Of a DNA stretch of 64,000 nucleotides, positions 60,591-64,000 are shown piece by piece; the stretch's first letter is position 1, and every line of letters begins with the position of its first letter. The notes beneath the pieces were generated by a model. The model saw only the letters and a list, made by a program, of their open reading frames with translations, ran no database searches and was not told where the DNA came from. The position numbers and the translations under genes are program-made. The stretch covers positions 384,001 to 448,000 of the forward strand of contig CAWEXU010000030.1 in the NCBI GenBank assembly GCA_963813075.1, read 5' to 3'. The stretch is from Methanotrichaceae archaeon (GTDB lineage Archaea; Halobacteriota; Methanosarcinia; Methanotrichales; Methanotrichaceae).

Positions 60591-60734
60591 AAGCTTTTGC
60601 CTCCTGTGGATATATAGGTGGTTTAGCTAAATAAATTTTGCCTGTGGGAGGACGCTGCTTGAGGGGTGCGTCTTAGGAACGCTATCTATTGAGATAAAAA
60701 GGGCTTGATTAATTGAGACTAAAAAAGTGAGGCT

Positions 60735-61175
60735 TCAGGCCTCTTTCTCCTCCTCCGGATACCAGGATACAATGTCACCCTCGGGGTCCTTCAGCACTGC
60801 CAGGTCCCCGCCGTTGTTCCAGATGGATGTGCTCCGGTTCCAGAAGAGGTTCTCTGCGCTGTCATCCCCCTCGCCCGTCCGCACGACCACCTTGGCCCCT
60901 GCGGCGAGGACGAAGTCGGAGAAGGTGTAGGTGTGATTCTGGGCATCGGTCAGCGTCCAGCCGGCCATATTCACGTCCGAGGTGCCTTTGTTGGTGATCT
61001 CCACCCATTCGTCATCCAGGTTCTCCTTCTCCGGGCTTGTGGCCACGAAGTTGGCGGCGGTTATGGCGATCGGAGTCTCTGTTGTGCTGGCGTTCTCTTC
61101 TTGGGCAAGCGCTGTGCCGAGGAACATGATGGCAAGCAAGATGCCGAGCATACCTGTAAATATTTTGTTATTCAT
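60735..61175 (-). CDS. Secreted lamin-tail-domain (LTD) protein
   Basis: EWVEI.N..V...GWTL.D..YTF..L..G..V..WNN.GD...L.D. Confidence 0.9.
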   Translation of the reverse strand: MNNKIFTGMLGILLAIMFLGTALAQEENASTTETPIAITAANFVATSPEKENLDDEWVEITNKGTSDVNMAGWTLTDAQNHTYTFSDFVLAAGAKVVVRTGEGDDSAENLFWNRSTSIWNNGGDLAVLKDPEGDIVSWYPEEEKEA

Positions 61176-61414
61176 CGATTCACCTTTTAATTATTTTTTG
61201 ATTTTAGCAAGAGCCAGATCCATTCAATGTTATATAAATTTTTCTACAGTATTATTAACTGTCCCGCAGGACACCATTGCGGGTGCTCCTGAGTTCGCTT
61301 GCAATGAGGCACACTTGCGATTTCTATCGATCTTTTTGTACCTCCTCCCCTCCGCAATTGCAAAGTATTTATACGAGCCCATAAACACATTAAAGAAAAT
61401 TATGGAGATCAATC

Positions 61415-62086
61415 ATGAAGCTCCCATCAATCTGCATTCTCCTGTTCGCGGCCCTGCTCTTCGGCATCGCCCCGTCCAGCTCGCAGCTGTATTTCACCGT
61501 CTCCGTGCCCGATGGCTGGGATATCACCGGGCTGGGCTGCAATGGCATAACCGCCGTGGACTCCTCCAACCCCGCCCGGGGGATATTGGCCCTGAACCAC
61601 CTGCACCAGGGCTTCGACATCCTGCCCTCGTATACCACGCCCGAGACCTATGTGGAATATTATATGCCGCAGGACTTCAGCCTGGGCGAGACCAGGGTTT
61701 CGGAGATGAAGATCATCGAATATGAGGCCGATCAGCAGCTGTCAAACGCCTACGTCTCCTGGGCCGGCCCCACAAGCTCCGCCAAATCGATGCGCTGCTC
61801 ATTCCTGGTCAACGGCATCCCGGCGGAGGGCTCAATTATGGTGGCGACAAGAGAGCTATTCGGCTATGGAACCACAATCGACCTTCTCTATGGCATCTTC
61901 GCCCCGGCGGAAGAGTTCGAGGAGGAGGCGCCAGTGCTCCTGGAGAGCATCGATTCCATCCGGCTGATACGGGATTACTTCTGCGTCTGCTTTGACTGTC
62001 CTGCATACGATTGTGAATACCAATGCAGCAACGGATGCTGCAATGATCCATGCGACGAGAATGATCGCTGCCCGGAGCTGGAGTAA
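61415..62086 (+). CDS. Secreted protein with Cys-rich C-terminal tail
   Basis: Signal peptide, VPDGW motif, nine Cys near the C-terminus. Confidence 0.75.
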   Translation: MKLPSICILLFAALLFGIAPSSSQLYFTVSVPDGWDITGLGCNGITAVDSSNPARGILALNHLHQGFDILPSYTTPETYVEYYMPQDFSLGETRVSEMKIIEYEADQQLSNAYVSWAGPTSSAKSMRCSFLVNGIPAEGSIMVATRELFGYGTTIDLLYGIFAPAEEFEEEAPVLLESIDSIRLIRDYFCVCFDCPAYDCEYQCSNGCCNDPCDENDRCPELE

Positions 62087-62262
62087 AGCCGTGGGAATTG
62101 CGAAATCCCCGAGTCTGTTATGGCTCGCAAGGCTCAATTGAGGCCACACGCAATCTCAACTTTCAATTTTTTGTAAATTTAATTAAGTTCAGAAGTTTTT
62201 CGGGTGTATCAGAAGGAATCTTCTTATACTAATTGATACTGTTATAATATTTGGTGATCTCT

Positions 62263-62994
62263 ATGATCAACAAAAAAACCCTGGCCATAATCCTGGCAGC
62301 ATTGAATCTTATGCTGCTTGGCTGTGCTTATGATTCCGCTGAGGCTCCAGGGGCAGACAATGTCTCCGCCCAGAGCGAGCCCCTGAACACCACCGGTGCC
62401 CTGAGCCTCTCAGGCCTGAATGAAATGCTTCTTTATGAGAACTCCCAATATGGAATCGGACTGTCTTACCCGGCAGACTGGATTGCCCAGGAGCCCGAGC
62501 CCAACGAAGCGGGAATAATCGTCGGCTTCATGGCCCCCGAGGAGAACATCGATGACCCGACCGTCTATCTGCTGGTGCAGAATGAGGAGCTGCCCGCTGG
62601 GGGGGAGATAACTTTAGATCAGTACAGCCAGGCGGCGCTGAGAATTCTCAAGGAATCGTTGCCCGATCTGGAAGTTCTGAAAGAGAGCAATATTACAATC
62701 GGCGAATTGCCGGGCTATGCCATAGTGTATAACCTGGAAAGCGAGAATACGACCGTTCGAGTTCTGAAAGCCTGGACGGTGGTTGGGGAGGATGCTTATG
62801 TATTCACCTATAACGCTCCCGATGAGCTATATGACCAGTTCGCTGCAGATGCAGCCGATATGATCGATTCCTTTAATGCAGTTGCATCTGTCCAGGATGT
62901 CCAAAGCGCCGGGGCCTGGGAAGAGCAGGCTGCAACAGCGACCTTGGATGAGTCAAAATCAAACGAGGAGGAAAACACCAGCATCACCTATTAA
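62263..62994 (+). CDS. Secreted PsbP/DcrB-like protein
   Basis: YEN..YG..L.YP.DW, I...P.Y..VY, AYVFTY and MIDSF pattern. Confidence 0.8.
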   Translation: MINKKTLAIILAALNLMLLGCAYDSAEAPGADNVSAQSEPLNTTGALSLSGLNEMLLYENSQYGIGLSYPADWIAQEPEPNEAGIIVGFMAPEENIDDPTVYLLVQNEELPAGGEITLDQYSQAALRILKESLPDLEVLKESNITIGELPGYAIVYNLESENTTVRVLKAWTVVGEDAYVFTYNAPDELYDQFAADAADMIDSFNAVASVQDVQSAGAWEEQAATATLDESKSNEEENTSITY

Positions 62995-63160
62995 GAAGAC
63001 CAAGAATAGCGAAAAGGGCAATCCTATCCAGGGGCCAAAGGCCCCTAACGGGCATTATGGATGAGGGATCTTATGATTCTATGAGATCCCTTTCCCGCTT
63101 ATATGGCTTTATCTTTATACGATTTTATGATATCTATCCAATCCACAATGCCTTCTGTCC

Positions 63161-64000
63161 TTATACATCCAAAAGCCAGTCTACAGAGATCGAAGAAAAT
63201 GGATAGTCAGCTAGTATCTCTGCCCTGCTGCTTGTTTGGCAGTTGCCTTCCGTTATTGGCTGTAAGCGGGCAGATTCGATGGCTTTTTCCCTGCTTAAGG
63301 CTCTTGCTGTCAGATATATCCTTCGTCCATTGAGATCCGCCAGATCCTGAGATGCCCAAGTTTTATCCGTCACAGCTACATCCACCACCTCTGGATCATG
63401 GCATATGCGGGATCCGATCTCTGTTCCTGCGGATGAATTAAACCAGGTATATCCTTTATCGATTCTGGCGCTGGTGCTGGACAAACCCCCATCGAATTTA
63501 CGGGACCATTCATCCAGATCAATCCGCCTTCCAGCTATATCGCCGAAGTGATAAGCCCATACCAGGTTGGAACTCCTATTACAGGTACGGTACCCATCCC
63601 AGTAATTCGAGTTACTGATGGTGGCTTGTGCCCCACCAAAATAAGGCAGAGCTCCTTTCTCCTCCTGAGGAACGCCATTAGCTCCGAATCTCGCCCCGGC
63701 AGCGTCACCATCCGCCTGAATAGCTCTCTCTTCAAAAACTACTTTAGATCCCCCTAGATCCGAGGCCCCATGACTGACCCAGGTCGTCTCCAGCCATTGT
63801 TCATCCAGAAAAGCAGCACCGTTTCTGGTTCCAATGTCTCTCTGGTGCTCTAGCCAGACGGATGCATTTCCATTATATCCATCGACCTGACCATCCCTGA
63901 TATTCGTCTTTGACCGGGCCACTTCTCCATCAGGCCGGGCTGCAAACTCCGTAATGTCTATGCTCCTCCCAAAGATGTCTCCGTAGTGATTGGCCGTCGC
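63161..64000 (-). CDS. Hypothetical repeat protein, 5' end outside the window
   Basis: Frame open to the window edge; internal repeats (H.GDI.GR.ID..E). Confidence 0.7.
   Translation of the reverse strand, partial: ATANHYGDIFGRSIDITEFAARPDGEVARSKTNIRDGQVDGYNGNASVWLEHQRDIGTRNGAAFLDEQWLETTWVSHGASDLGGSKVVFEERAIQADGDAAGARFGANGVPQEEKGALPYFGGAQATISNSNYWDGYRTCNRSSNLVWAYHFGDIAGRRIDLDEWSRKFDGGLSSTSARIDKGYTWFNSSAGTEIGSRICHDPEVVDVAVTDKTWASQDLADLNGRRIYLTARALSREKAIESARLQPITEGNCQTSSRAEILADYPFSSISVDWLLDV

Overview
Archaeal chromosomal segment, most likely from a Methanothrix (Methanosaeta)-like methanogen. This is inferred from fwd, cob, TFB/Gar1, aIF5B, thermosome and L7Ae gene content and style. The left third (1-22.9 kb) is an accessory/defence region ending at the 3' end of tRNA-Leu(TAG). 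It holds McrBC with a multi-reader McrB, a beta-CASP hydrolase and transporters. These are followed by a ~6 kb array of small gene cassettes (LURP-one, RelE/VapC toxin-antitoxin modules, orphan antitoxins) punctuated every ~0.7-1.1 kb by a co-oriented ~80-bp GC-rich imperfect palindrome. After the array come a NucS-like nuclease, KTSC + OLD nuclease and an Mrr-like nuclease. The remaining ~41 kb is mostly core genes plus secreted-protein paralogues. Two leads stand out: (1) the repeat-delimited, integron-like cassette array, whose repeat is not a canonical attC and whose duplication breakpoints fall at the repeat; (2) a structured non-coding element present twice (17.0 kb and 31.8 kb). Many genes, including argF, carry single-base frameshifts, which suggests imperfectly polished long-read sequence. 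Pseudogene calls and fine sequence differences should be treated with caution.
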